A stretch of 63,311 nt of DNA, filler included, from Piptocephalis cylindrospora (taxonomy: Eukaryota), in NCBI GenBank assembly GCA_003614145.1. It is 13 parts of 13 records of this genome, joined end to end, with 100 filler letters (N's around TTAATTAATTAA, not from the genome) between each part and the next. Parts side by side here need not be neighbours in the genome. Positions count along the whole stretch, not along the records: positions 34,197 to 38,976 come from KZ988477.1; positions 39,077 to 43,854 come from KZ988478.1; positions 43,955 to 48,723 come from KZ988479.1; positions 48,824 to 53,587 come from KZ988480.1; 9 more parts are not named here. The stretch is one strand, 5' to 3'. Positions 37,350-49,701 of this stretch are shown here, piece by piece. The notes below the pieces were generated by a model. That model saw only the letters and a program-made list of their open reading frames with translations, was not told the origin of the DNA and did not search any database. A program made the position numbers and the translations under genes. The number at the start of each line of letters is the position of its first letter. Positions within the stretch are counted from its first letter, which is position 1.

Positions 37350-38976
37350 ATGAACAAGACTTTTTCATCTACGGATGAAGAAGGAAATACTACCCGCGTC
37401 ACTATCGACTTCCTACCCAAGCCCAGTCGGGGTATGGTAATGACAAAGGAAGTAAGAGGTGAGGGGGAGCTTCACGACCCCCAATCTCCCGCTACTTCCG
37501 AGTCGACTATATTCCCCTCGATAATCTCTCGACTGAGTTTGGCAAGCAAGCCATTGACCAAGAGAAGAGGGAATAGAGCTGGGAAGAAGATGTCACAAAT
37601 GCAAAGGGCAAAGGCAAGAGAGAAAAGGGTAAATTCTAGGAAGGAAAAGGATAAGGAAGGTCATGATAAGGATAAGGTGACCACAGTAGAAGAGAAGAGG
37701 TCACTGAAGAGGAATGGGGAGGAAGAGAGAGAAGTGGAACAGGAGAGTGTAAAGGGGAATGCCGAAAAGATTAGCTGGGAGGAGGACCGAAAGATCGAGA
37801 AATGGAGAGGTGAAATAAGAATCGAGAGAAAGGAGGAGAAGGAAGGAATGAATGAGAGAGAAAAAGAGCAAAACAAGATGAGGGAAAAGGTTAAAGAAGC
37901 GATCCTGGAGAGAAGACGAGTGAGAGAGCAGCAAGTCACCTTAGAAGAACAATGTGAGGAGGAGAAGGAGCGAGTAGTGAGAAAGGAGCAGAAGAAGGCG
38001 AAAGAGAAGATGAGGGAAATGATCAAGGAAATGATGATAGAGAGACGGCGAGAAAAAGAAAACCAGTCAATAATGGAGGGGGAGCGGTTGAGGGTGGAAA
38101 AGGAAAAAGAGAGGCAGTTGATGATAGAGAGAAAGGAAAAAGAAGCCCAGGAACAACTTTCCCTCCTATATGAACCCAAGACCAAGGAGGTCGCTCCGAG
38201 TTGGGAGGATGTTGGGAGGCTCCGAGGAAACCTGGCCTTGAAGCGATCTACCATGCTCATGCTCGATGAGCAGATGCGTAAGGTGCAGGACCGGCATTCA
38301 TGGATTCAACGAGAGGTCATTCGGATGTCCGGGGAGCTCCGGGCAGCCCAAGCCGAGGCCGACCAATGCCAAGATATTATTAATGGGTGGCGAGGTCAGA
38401 GACAACGTATGCAACAAGAGGTACGGGGGATGGTGGAGGAGGAGACGAGCTTGGTCCAGTCCCTTATGGGCAAAATGATCCCTGAGGAGATGAGAATGGC
38501 CATGGTGGAGGAGGAGGAGGAGGAGGAGGAAGAAGGAGAGGTGGGTATGGCTAGGACCCGATCTCCCATGGAAGTGGAGGTGGCCTCTCATGAGAAGGCA
38601 CTAGTGAGGAAAAACCAGGATGAGAGCATGGAGGAAATGAAAAGGAAAAAGCTAATCATCGAAGCCAAGAGGCAAGAAGCCATTCTCTCCCTCAAGCGAA
38701 AAGCGGCCCTGAATAGCCTTTACAGAAAGAGTACTGAGAAGAGACAACGGGCCCCTGACGCTTCCATAAGAACCAGCGATCAGCCAGCCCTGGATAAGGA
38801 GAAGGGCCTAGTTTCTAATGATGGCGTGAATGAAAGCGAGAATAAGGTATTGGTGGTGGTGGCAAAGAGCAAGCGAGATGATGAGAGGACAACCGAGGCA
38901 GAGGCAGTTGAGGAGAGTCTAGAAAGGAGTAGGGGCCCTGGAAGTATCATATCTGGCCCAACCTCTGGCGCTCCTC
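37350..38976 (+). CDS. Charged coiled-coil hypothetical protein, 3'-truncated
   Basis: Open frame of more than 540 codons rich in E/K/R. No family recognised. Confidence 0.6.
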
Positions 38977-39076
38977 NNNNNNNNNNNNNNNNNNNNNNNN
39001 NNNNNNNNNNNNNNNNNNNNTTAATTAATTAANNNNNNNNNNNNNNNNNNNNNNNNNNNNNNNNNNNNNNNNNNNN

Positions 39077-42000
39077 GCCAAACCAGTGGTAGTCCACCCA
39101 GGTGAGTACACTACCTTTTTTCACATTAATGATTTGTGCGGGTAGGGGATATTTATCTTTATATGGGGTACAGGCGCACGGATTTACTTATACGTCCTCT
39201 CTCTATAGCTGCACCGCCTCCTAGAAGCCCAACGCCGCCTCCTCGTAAGATATTGCTATGGCTGGGTTTGGTGAAATGGTCAGCCCTTTTGGGCACGACC
39301 TTTTTTCCATTGGAATATGCTCTTATCAGTCAAATACTCATCTTCTTTTCCCCTTTTTGCACGGCCATCTTCAATCTTCCTCCTCGATCTACGGTATCGT
39401 ACACACATTGTACATAAACTAATCAGGACCGGGGAGCTATGTAAGTTTTCTTCCTTACACCCCTCTTTGAGGGGGCCTAGAGCCTAAATGAGTGTTCGTT
39501 TACATGAATTGTGCTGAAAACTGAATGACCTAAAAAACCCTTTTGTACGCTGAGTAGAGGCCCCAACTCGATTGTACGTCTATTTGCATGTATCCATTGG
39601 TTCTTTTAATCTTTTTGAGCAGTGTTCGAAGCTCCTTGGAACGCTCTAACCTCACGTCATTTTCTATCCCCAATAACGCTCATCCCAAATGGGTTTCACA
39701 ATCCAGACGACGCAATAATGAACACACCTAAGGTAAGTCTTATTGTTGCACAAAAGGTTTTAGGATCCCAAGCGTCGGTTGGAGATTCAAGAAGGAGAAC
39801 TGCTTTGGTGAGCATGCACACCTCATCCTTTCATTCTCCGGATGGTTAGCTTAGTAGGCAGGGTGCAACGACTCGCAAAGGTCCTCGGAAGATCAATGAT
39901 GGTCCATCCACTCCAGGTAAAAATACGGTAGGTCATGTTACGGCGCATAAAAGACCCTAGGGCCCAAAATACAACCTCTAGAGTGGAAACTAATCCCAAT
40001 GAACGTGGACATGCACTTACCCCGGACTTTCAACTGCGCTCATGTATGCTTTATAGAATACGGACAAAATCCTAAACACAAATCGTCGCGGGAGCACCCA
40101 AAATGATGAGCAGATCAACACGGGTTCGACGCAGCGTAATTCCCCCGCCAATGTAAGGATAGGGTGCTTTTCTTAACGTTTCAGAGGGCGTGCTGGCTAA
40201 TGATCCCATTTTTCTTGCCCTATGTCATGGACGCGAAATCTCCTTGGCTACCTTAATATTCCGTCGGATGATTAAAAAAACTTATACGGCGTGGTAGGCG
40301 GAAACTACGACTGGCACATCTAAACAGAAAATATCAGCGGAAAAACAGGTAATTCACTATTGGAATAGGTAACTTGCTGGAATAGTCAGTTTATCTCTCC
40401 AACTCACCGCAATCGATTAATAGGAGGAATATTTCAATAAGTTCAACACGGTAATCCCTTGGTTTTTGAGAGAACGCAATGATTTCAGGAACATTAGATG
40501 GCTGACGGATCGCATCTGCCCCTTTATGATCCTTAGAAATCTGACTCTGCCAATAGGAATTTCGATCGCTTGATGGTGATGGTAATGACAGTTATGCAAG
40601 AGTTATTAGAATATGAGAATAGCTGATAAGTGCATGCCCTCCCTTCCATGAATACTTTCACTCACATTCCCCAAATGATACTCTATCCAAATAGGAAGGA
40701 TCAGCTGATAAGGTAGCTATGCTTTTGAACATGGGCAAGCTTCATCAAATGCTCGCCTAATAATCCCATACATTAACCTCTACTCCCTTTTGCACATTAC
40801 ATGCTGGATTTTGAATAGGCCGTCCTGATGAGGAGTGCTATAGGGGTAAGAAATATGGATGCAAGCGCGTCATAGTATACTTTGCGCTAGCCTCGTCGGG
40901 GCAGGGCTCACCTTACGTCTACTAACATCTAATTTATGCATACTAACCAATACTAACATAACATAGGACACCCGAAGTGCCTATACGAATATGAGAAACC
41001 TTGATAATTCTGATATGGACCCTATAGTACGTTATTCTTCCTGCGCTCGTCATCCTACCTTATGCCTGACAAGGGTGGTACCCGTAATCATGGGCAGCAA
41101 TTCAACCTCTTTTCACATGAAAACCATGTACTTATTAATATTCTTCTCTTATTTCTGTAGGCCAAGAGTAAAATGGTGGCCCAGTTTGAATTCCTGAATT
41201 GGAAGCGCACTGTCTTAATAGTGAGTGACGCTGCGGGATTACTTGAGCTTATTGACTGGGGAAGGGAGGGGCTGCGGTTGTCCCACAATCAAAGCATCCA
41301 TCGCTTTCTGGACGAGGTGGCTCTGTTTATGAGCCCCCTAAAATGGAGTCTGGCTTACGCGTGACTGATTGTTTTACTCATTCACACCCTACTTTAATCA
41401 CATTACTTCTAGGCTAGAGAAAGTGGGGCTATCACAAAGCCCGGTACTTTACTACGTAATAAGGACTTTAACGTAAGTTTTTTCTTCCTCCTTTACTAAT
41501 AGTGTATCGTGGAGGCAATGGCTGGATTCTTTGCGCCTAGGCGGTGCGTTCATATCAGATGACACCCTCTCATCCAAGTGATGCTCTTTACTGATAAAAG
41601 CGCGGCGTACATGAGAGGATAAGGGTTATTATCGTCACGCTTTGGCGCTGCCAATCAGCAGCGCCTACTAACCGACAAAAACTAACATCCGCGTTTCTTG
41701 ATGATAATGATAGCTCGAGACACCGCAAGGCCGGGCTTTAGAAATGAGCCGTCTTCAGGGGGTAAGTTGATTTACAGTCAGCCATGAAAAAGTGGGCAGT
41801 CGGATGAAGAGATAATTTCCCTCTCCAACGGTCTGATGAATTTAATTACTCACAATATCATTACTGTATCTTTGTATTAATCAGGAAGCAGAAGCTGTGG
41901 CTAAAGATCTGGCGCCTGGCAGTGATTTGACTCAGGGTACGGCTCTCTACAATATCTGGAGGATTGGAAAGGTCCGAACGGACCTTGACAAGTTAGTAGC

Positions 42001-42580
42001 TACGCCTGGTGGCGAAAATATGAAATCCTTAGCCGACCATATCAAGAAGATGTACCTCGATAAGCCTGTGATTCCAAAGGTAAGTTCTTTGATGCAACCT
42101 CGAAGGGTGATTTGTTCCTGTGTGAGGAAGCCATCCTTCAACGCCAATGTGCTCCATCTCTTCGATCATCTTATCACTCACCACTCTCCTCCTTCCTCGA
42201 CACCCTCAATCGCTATTTGCTCCATTTACCGCCCATGGTCTTGCTTTAACCTCAATGAACATGGTATAGGTGGACCTGTCGGTAAGTCGTTCAGCTACTG
42301 TTGAAGCTCCATACCCTGATCCTTGAATAGCTAACAATGCTCTTTCCTTATGCTTTTATGCGCTGTGTTACTTGGCTACTCACACCTCTTTATTCATTGC
42401 TGGTCTTCACATTACCTTCATCCGCTTTAGCGCAACTCGATTGACAGCAATAAGGTTAATGCCGACATTAAGACCACAAAGGCGGCCCAAGATGGTACCA
42501 AGAAGAAAAGGCTATCATTCAACAACTTCAGAAACTCTTTCTCATCGTTAATTAACAGCAACCGTCCCGCTTCTCCATGA
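39077..42580 (+). CDS. Micro-exon gene of unknown function, at least 19 exons, 5'-truncated: 39077-39101, 39209-39244, 39427-39440, 39558-39573, 39707-39732, 39862-39927, 40057-40152, 40298-40348, 40424-40450, 40537-40581, 40695-40712, 40819-40845, 40967-41026, 41161-41220, 41413-41472, 41714-41761, 41885-42079, 42270-42281, 42431-42580
   Basis: Each intron has a GT(A/G) donor and YAG acceptor, often with CTRAC/TACTAAC. The spliced 1032 nt is one stop-free frame (343 aa plus TGA). Confidence 0.8.
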
Positions 42581-43954
42581 GACTACCACTTTCTCGGTCA
42601 TCCTACATTTGATAATAACGAAATCCTGGTCGCTATTGTCCATTTGATGATGCTCTTGCCGGCGTCCTACCCGGTAGGTATATCAAGAGGGATGAGATCA
42701 CTTGGGGATGAGATTGGTCATGTGGTTGTCTGTCTAGCTTTTCTGTATCTTGAATGGTGCTTGCTTGCTTCTTCCAAGCAGCGCCATTCATGGGGATGAT
42801 CCTTGCAGAATATATGCAGACCCATTTTCTCTCCCCTCAATATCAGTCTTCTTCTGCGTGTGACTAGGTGGTCGAGATGATAGCAATCGTATATTGATTG
42901 GACTGCCATGGCACAGGGCGAGCGACTGATGGCGAATTTAGATGCCCCTCCATCCAATTCATCATGCTCTCTATCCCGATTAGACTGTACGCTTTCCTTG
43001 AGGAGTGACTTCATTCTCCCTATCCACGCTATAGCCTGGTTCATACGGTCGTGATTCTCTTTTCACACCTCCTATCTTCTATTATTTCCTTTCGCTTAGC
43101 CTTTTGAATGCATTTTCCCATGGGATAACAGTTCTTCAATAACGATCCCTCTCTCCCATACCTCTTCTACCATTCACCTCCTTTTTATACTGTTTATCGC
43201 CTCTATCCCTTTTACTCTTCCTCCGCTTTGACGCATCTTCTCTTCCAGCCCAAGCATCATGTTCACTCAATATACGATGACAAAAGCCAACCATTAGCGC
43301 CCCAGCCTGCTTATTCCCCTGTCCCCTCTGCCTTCTTAGGCCTCCTTGGACATTCAGAGTAGATGGGGATGCAGCGAATATGGGACCATTCTTCTACTTT
43401 CCCTTTTTAGCCCTATCATGCTCTTCCTGCCACTCTCTTGGACAGAGTGAGCAGTTTATGATATGCCATTAGAGTGCTCCCCTCTCTAGACAAGGAAACG
43501 ACAGCGGTGCCATGTTTACAGGAAACATAGGAGAGGTCGGTCGGGTTCACGTGTGGAGGCATACTTAGAATAGACATGAGCATGGAGGGAGCGCCGCTAC
43601 ACATGCGCTCAGTCACAACACTGGAGCGGTGAAGAAAGCTGGCCGCGTCACCTAGGCTTCTGTGGTTCACTTTTATACGCGTCCTCCGCACCTGGGCCAC
43701 AGTCCGCTCTTCCCTTTCCCCTTTCTTCTTTTCCCCCCTCCACCTTTTTCTTCCCCCCTTTCTCCTCTTTTCTCTCCTTCCCCTCACTTTTCTCTTTTTT
43801 TTTCCCCCCCCCTTCACCTCCTTCTTCCCTCCCTCCCTTTCTCTCTTCTATCCCNNNNNNNNNNNNNNNNNNNNNNNNNNNNNNNNNNNNNNNNNNNNTT
43901 AATTAATTAANNNNNNNNNNNNNNNNNNNNNNNNNNNNNNNNNNNNNNNNNNNN

Positions 43955-44104
43955 CTTGAACAAGGATCGGGCTGAAGTTCTCATGTAGAATAAGGATAAT
44001 GTTGCATGGGGCTCAAGGGTGTCCTTGCCCTTTGTAGTGCATGGTTAAGGGAGGGACGGGGTCATGATAAGCACTCCTTTGTGCATAGTAGGCGCTACCC
44101 AACA
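43955..44104 (-). mobile_element. Terminus of a dispersed repeat, LTR-like, copy 2
   Basis: Reverse complement of 9582-9731 with a different flank. Confidence 0.6.
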
Positions 44105-44396
44105 GTATCATCGTGTTTCATTTCTGCTTATGGCCAATGTCTACAAGTATCCTATGTACAGAGGTTTAAAGGGAACCCTCGGCTGCCTCAATAGGGGGAA
44201 CTGGATTGCTACTGAGGTAGAGAGGCAATGAATGTGCCGGTGCATGCAAACATTGACATTCAACGACGAGCTAACCAGGACGTACTCGGATCGGTTAATT
44301 ATGTCGTCTAAAGGGCCACTTCATGCATACATGCTTCAATGATGTATCTTACAACATCTTAATCGCCAAAGCCATAAAGAGCAAGCATGAATATAT

Positions 44397-46931
44397 CTAT
44401 TGAGGAAGGGGTGGATATTCATCGCCCTCTGCCTTGACTCTGCCTGTCACCAAAGATACGCTTGAAGCACCCTCGTCAGCCTGTTCTTCCTTCTCATCAC
44501 TCTTTTTCTCCCTCATCAGCTCCTCTGCCCTACCCCCATCCCTGGCCTTGTTCCCCTCTGCAGGCTTCTCTTCAGATTTTATCGGAGTGGAATGGGCTAG
44601 AAATGGAGTAAGAGACTCCTTGGTGAAAAGGGTCGGGGTTGGCATCCGAGGAACCAAAGAGGGGTTTTCAATTATCCTAGCCTCCTCGCCCTTGGCCTTT
44701 TCCTCGGGGATGATGGAAGCTTGAGTCTCCGAAGAAGGGAAAGCATCCCTATTATCGCCTACATCTACATCCACATCCATGTCCACATCAACATCCACAT
44801 CGTCCTGCTCACTTTGCTCCTCTTTGCGCACTACACGACTTCCATCATCATCGCTCATGTCATCCTCCACATTAATCAGGTCCAAGGATGGGTCGTAGTC
44901 TTCGTCATTCCCAGACTGGCTTTGACTTCGACGCACCTCTCGGCACCTAGGGCAGTAATAGGAGAAGGAAGACCAATCCATTCCCTTATCCGACTGCGCA
45001 GCATCACCAGGCCTTGTCCCATTGGGATCGGCTCCATTGACCTCGGTCCCCTTGGCTTCAGCATCCTTGGCGGTACCCTCGTCCAATGCTCGTACGCATC
45101 CAACATGCTGCCACACCTCACATCGCTCGCATGCTACCATCTCTTCCCCATCATCATAGTTCCTCCCATGTTTTCCGCAGACACAGTCAAATTCCCAGGA
45201 CTCTTCTTCTTCCCCCTCCCGTCGGCTTGCATTGTGATCTCCGTAAATTACTGTAGATCCGCCGCTTTGCGCGGCTCGCTGGCTTCGTCTCCGCGGCCTG
45301 CCTCGATTCGCCATTTCCTCATCTGCCATCAAGGAAGCTGAGCTCCCATTTGGCTCAAGGCGCTGCTGGGCCACACGCGCTTCCCGTCGCTGAGCTCGTC
45401 GTTCCCGGGATAAAGCCCGTTCTTGCCGTCCCTCCTCCTCCTGCTGGATACGTGAAGCTTGCACACGCATGCTCCGTCGTTCTCGAGTATGCATAACCCG
45501 TTCGCGCTCCTCTTCTTCCTTGCGGATTAGACGGCTACTGCGCTTCCGGAACAGCAAAGCCTCTTGTATGGCTTGCTCCTTAGCTTGCGCTCTCAGATCT
45601 TCCAAGACCTTGGGAGAGATATCCTCGATCAGTGTCTGCCGGAGATATTGTTCATCCGCATCCTTACTCGCTGGAGGAAGGAGGGATTCAATGGCCTCCC
45701 AATCCTCCAGGGTCCGTGCCACCAGGGTCCAAGTCTCGCGAGGAGAAGAAAGAATCGTCTTTTCCTCCTCTCCTTCCTCCTCCCCCGCCTCATCTCCATC
45801 CATTTCCCTTTCAGCGGAAGGGGCGGAGGCAGCGCGACGGGAGGATACTCTACGGCGACGACCCCCACCGCTCTTTCTCTTCCTCTTACCCGAAGCAGAA
45901 GTTTTCCGAGGAGGGGTTGGGGGAGGAGGGGGTTGAAAGACAAAGAGACGGTTATCATCAAAAAGATAGTAAACGCCGCCTCGTGCATCAAACCCTACCG
46001 GATCCACCCTCCAGTGCTCGGCATCCGTGTCCACCTTCATCATTCTCCGGAATCGTTCAGGATCATCCAGCTGCCACTCACACGCTACGTATAGGCAAAT
46101 AGCCCGGTCTGAGGGCGAGAGTTTCCAGAAATCCTCGGGCTGTAGCCGAAGAGGTACAACAGGAGGCAGGTCAGCATTAGCGTCTCCACTACCCTCGTCA
46201 TCCTCTTCTTTCTTCACGGACTGCTGCTCTTCTGTATCCTCCATCGAGGAAGGCGATGTGTCGTGGGCGGAGTAAGCATGGCCATTGGATATAGTATGAT
46301 GCTTGGGTGATTCTGATGATGAGGCCTCTCCATCCGTGATACCGTCTTTGGATTCCTCTTTGACAGCTTTGTCCGAGGAAGGGGGCTGAGATGGAGGGGG
46401 TGGTTGATAATAGAGCATTTCATCGGGAAAAGGCATAAGGTCAAGGTCTCGTCGTAGAAACTCCCGTTTTAGGTACTCGACCCAAGTCTGGTTATTAATG
46501 AACCGATTGGCCGTGCACACCCGTAATAACCGAACAAACACCTCAACGATCAGCTCGCTATGGTCCCCAGAGAGTGCTGCTTCCAGGGTCTATTGTGAGG
46601 CAGTTGGAAGTGCCATTACCATTAAAAGGGGGAGTGAGCTATGGTTGATTTGCCGCTCCATGCATATATCATGTTATCAATCACCCTGGGGAAAAATATC
46701 TAGGACTGAATGATGTTCCTGAAACTCGTAGAACAAGTCTCACAGATATTCCCAGACCGCTTCTCCCTCTCTTCTCCCCAAGCTTACCTCAGTGGTCAAA
46801 TCCACGGACAGACCGAGATCGAGGCCAAAGGAAAAGATGAACTGGCAAGCAGCAGCGAATTGCCATGATCCCCGCAGCTGCTCCTCGGGACTGGGAGGTT
46901 TGGCGAGTTCTGAAACTTGCTGCTGATGCAT
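44397..46931 (-). CDS. PHD-finger chromatin protein with DDT/WHIM-like N-terminus (Rsf1/Ioc2-like); exons 46931-46788 and 46589-44397
   Basis: LRGSWQFAAACQFI..F, WRVDPVGFDA.G..YYLFDDNRL, PHD WEFDCVCG...NYDDGEEMVACERCEVWQH..C...YYCPRC. Confidence 0.82.
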
Positions 46932-47860
46932 CAAGGTATTGTAGAGGCTGGGATGTTCCGAGGACAAGGGAAGGTATAGGAAATCTTGAACAAGTCTAAT
47001 CAAAACAATAAAAAGTGGTCCAAGCACGAAGGTGTTAAATGAGGTAAACTATGACGCAAAAAGCGACAGGAGCACGGGGACAAAGGTCACACCAGAGAGG
47101 CCTAGGATGCTTTACTAGAGTAAGGAGGGAGGATGTGGCGCAAGGAGGCAGCGAGATGGGGTTTGTTTTTAGGTGTTGGGCGGGGGAGCGGTGGGGCGGG
47201 GAGGAAAGGTTGTAAGGTAGGGTCAGGTTCAGGTTGAGCTGTGGTAAAGAGGAGAGTGAGGGAGGAGGATGGGAGGGGGGGACCACGCAACACAGGGGAG
47301 GGGCGAGAAGGGTCAGGGATGCTGAGAATGAGTATGTGTGTGCTGTGTTGTGCATGTGTGCTTGAATAAGATATAGTGGGTAGGACAAGATGGGAATGAG
47401 AGGAAAAGGAAGTGAAACGAGATGAATCTGTGGCTGATGGTGGTTGGGAGAGACTAGGGGATCATGGTGCTGATTGGACAAAGTCATCTAGCCCAAAACG
47501 CACATACAAATCCAAGCCGATTTGGATTGAATTTCTTTTAAACTGGTTATATTTTCATTCAACTGAACGTTTCCCGTGAATTCTGCACCGCCTCCACGTC
47601 TTAGTACGGGCTGGTAGCGTTCGGGTCTATCGCCTATGCCGCTAGGCAATTCTGTGTATCTCTCTGTGCCACGCAAATTTTCGATGGAAAAAAAAAGGAA
47701 CACTCAATATAAAGGTGTTTCAAGTCAAGTCCCATGAATTCTGCAGCAGCGTCCTCCCAATACATATAAAAATCCATGAGCTGGGTCCCACTTCCTTCCG
47801 AGCGCCACCCAGCTCTTGACAAAAACGACAACTACCCCATCACCACCCCTCACGAACAAA

Positions 47861-48301
47861 ATGAAGTTTTTCCAGATCGTCTTACTGGCTGCATCGTCTT
47901 CCCTCGTCCTCGCCTCGAACATCAGCGGCCCGGACGTCGATGTAGAAGAGTTCCACGCCGACCTTCGCACTAACGAAATCCACATGGAGGCTAGGAGACT
48001 TGCAAGGAACCCGGCTGGCCACCCGGCATACCGAGTGCCCAAAGCCGAGAGCGCGCTGCTAGACGTCCTAGCCTCGTACAAGGAATGCATGCGAAGAAGG
48101 AAGAACTGGAAGAAGCTGGTGGCCACCAAGGATCACTCGTCAACTAAGAGAGACGAACTCTTTAGTTTCTACAAGGCGGCGCGACAGGAACTGAGAGACG
48201 ACCTGCTGCGTATGCGTATGTATGCAGGAGTAGACCACCAGGACGAGTACAAACAGCGTGCGGTGGACGGCACCGGCGATAGCGGGCTGTTCAACATCTA
48301 G
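47861..48301 (+). CDS. Small secreted protein (146 aa)
   Basis: Signal peptide MKFFQIVLLAASSSLVLA, intronless, TATATAAAA about 95 bp upstream. Confidence 0.7.
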   Translation: MKFFQIVLLAASSSLVLASNISGPDVDVEEFHADLRTNEIHMEARRLARNPAGHPAYRVPKAESALLDVLASYKECMRRRKNWKKLVATKDHSSTKRDELFSFYKAARQELRDDLLRMRMYAGVDHQDEYKQRAVDGTGDSGLFNI

Positions 48302-48823
48302 GTCCAGGAGCTCTCCATCGCCGCGCCACGGTCCTAGTGCACCGACTACGTCGGGTGCGGATTGTGTAGTTCCTGCGATTGAAGCAGGGTGTCCCGACTC
48401 ACCGAGACGGGGCTAACGTGCCTACGGGGAACGTGCCGAGCTGGCTAACTACCAGTTAGGTGGAACGACTGCCTGCACAATTGTCACCTCAAATGAGGCT
48501 AGTGAACAGTTCTCCCAATACATTTCGCCCTTTACTACTACTACTACTGCAGCAGCGTCGTATTATCATTTCGCTGTTTACTACTGCAGCAGCGTCATAT
48601 CGGGTAGGATCGGATGATCGATTTATATGTAAAGAATCAAGTCAAAGAGAAGAGAAGAGAAGGAAAACATGAATTGATTGTACTATAAAGTGCTCCCTTC
48701 CTAGAATGCCAATACATCCTAGCNNNNNNNNNNNNNNNNNNNNNNNNNNNNNNNNNNNNNNNNNNNNTTAATTAATTAANNNNNNNNNNNNNNNNNNNNN
48801 NNNNNNNNNNNNNNNNNNNNNNN

Positions 48824-48954
48824 CGCAAGGCCGCCTGAGTCGCCGTGAGACGATGGTAGGGCCTAACAACGGGAGTAATAGTCAGATTACCTCGCAAGGT
48901 GCGTGACAGGAGGGACGCGCTCCTTGGTGGTTTGAAAGGTGTGAGCATGCTCAT
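48824..48954 (-). CDS. 5' end of an unidentified gene, mitochondrial-presequence-like
   Basis: MSMLTPFKPPRSASLLSRTLRG.. is R/S/L-rich with no acidic residues. Runs off the contig. Confidence 0.4.
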
Positions 48955-49701
48955 GGAAGAAAAGAATCAAGTAAGGTGGAAAAGATGAAAGATACTTGGA
49001 GAGGAGCTGGTGACGCGTTCTTTTACCCACCACACCTTCAATCCTGAGTCAAACCAACCATCCTACTACGTCATTCCACCCCCATTCTAGGAATATGTCT
49101 TGGATGATCTATGCGCTGTGCATGCATGTCTCGCATTTCTGCCCTACTTGGCCGTCCTCTACATCTAAATCCTATATTTATAGATGATGAATGGGCTTGT
49201 ACAAAACTGCTTTGGATCCCGTCCAGATCGATTCGGTCTACTATGAACTTCAAGTGATGCAAGTTCCATAAGAAATTAGTGCACCTTTAAGACTCCTTAT
49301 CCGACAAAAACCTCCAACCTTAAGCGAACATTAGATCATCATGCATATATCCTACACTCCCTAGGAATCCAATGTTTTGGTCAGTCATGAAACATAGGGC
49401 TCAGGAGGTATCGTCCATGTATACTCAAGGCTGCTGTAAATCATCCCCACCTCACACCAGAACCCCTGGACTCGAGCTGCCCAGGACCAGAACAACCCAG
49501 GCTCAGCCACCAGTCCACCAGAGTTGGGAACAACTCCGCGGCCCAGCTCCCCTTTCGCAGCCACTCGGTCACCATATCCCACACACACGACCTGTCAGCC
49601 CATGCCTCACCCCGCCCCTGTCCCCACCTTGCTTCTCTTACCCATCCCAACTTGCTCTTCCTCTACCCATCCCGCCTCTCACGTCAGCCTCCTCCAAGAA
49701 G

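Noticed and set aside
37661..38260. Ser/Phe/Leu-rich minus-strand ORF and many similar shadow ORFs
   Set aside because: Antisense shadows of purine-rich or GC-rich coding regions.
42718..43044. 108-aa minus-strand ORF downstream of the micro-exon gene
   Set aside because: No motif, signal or splice support.
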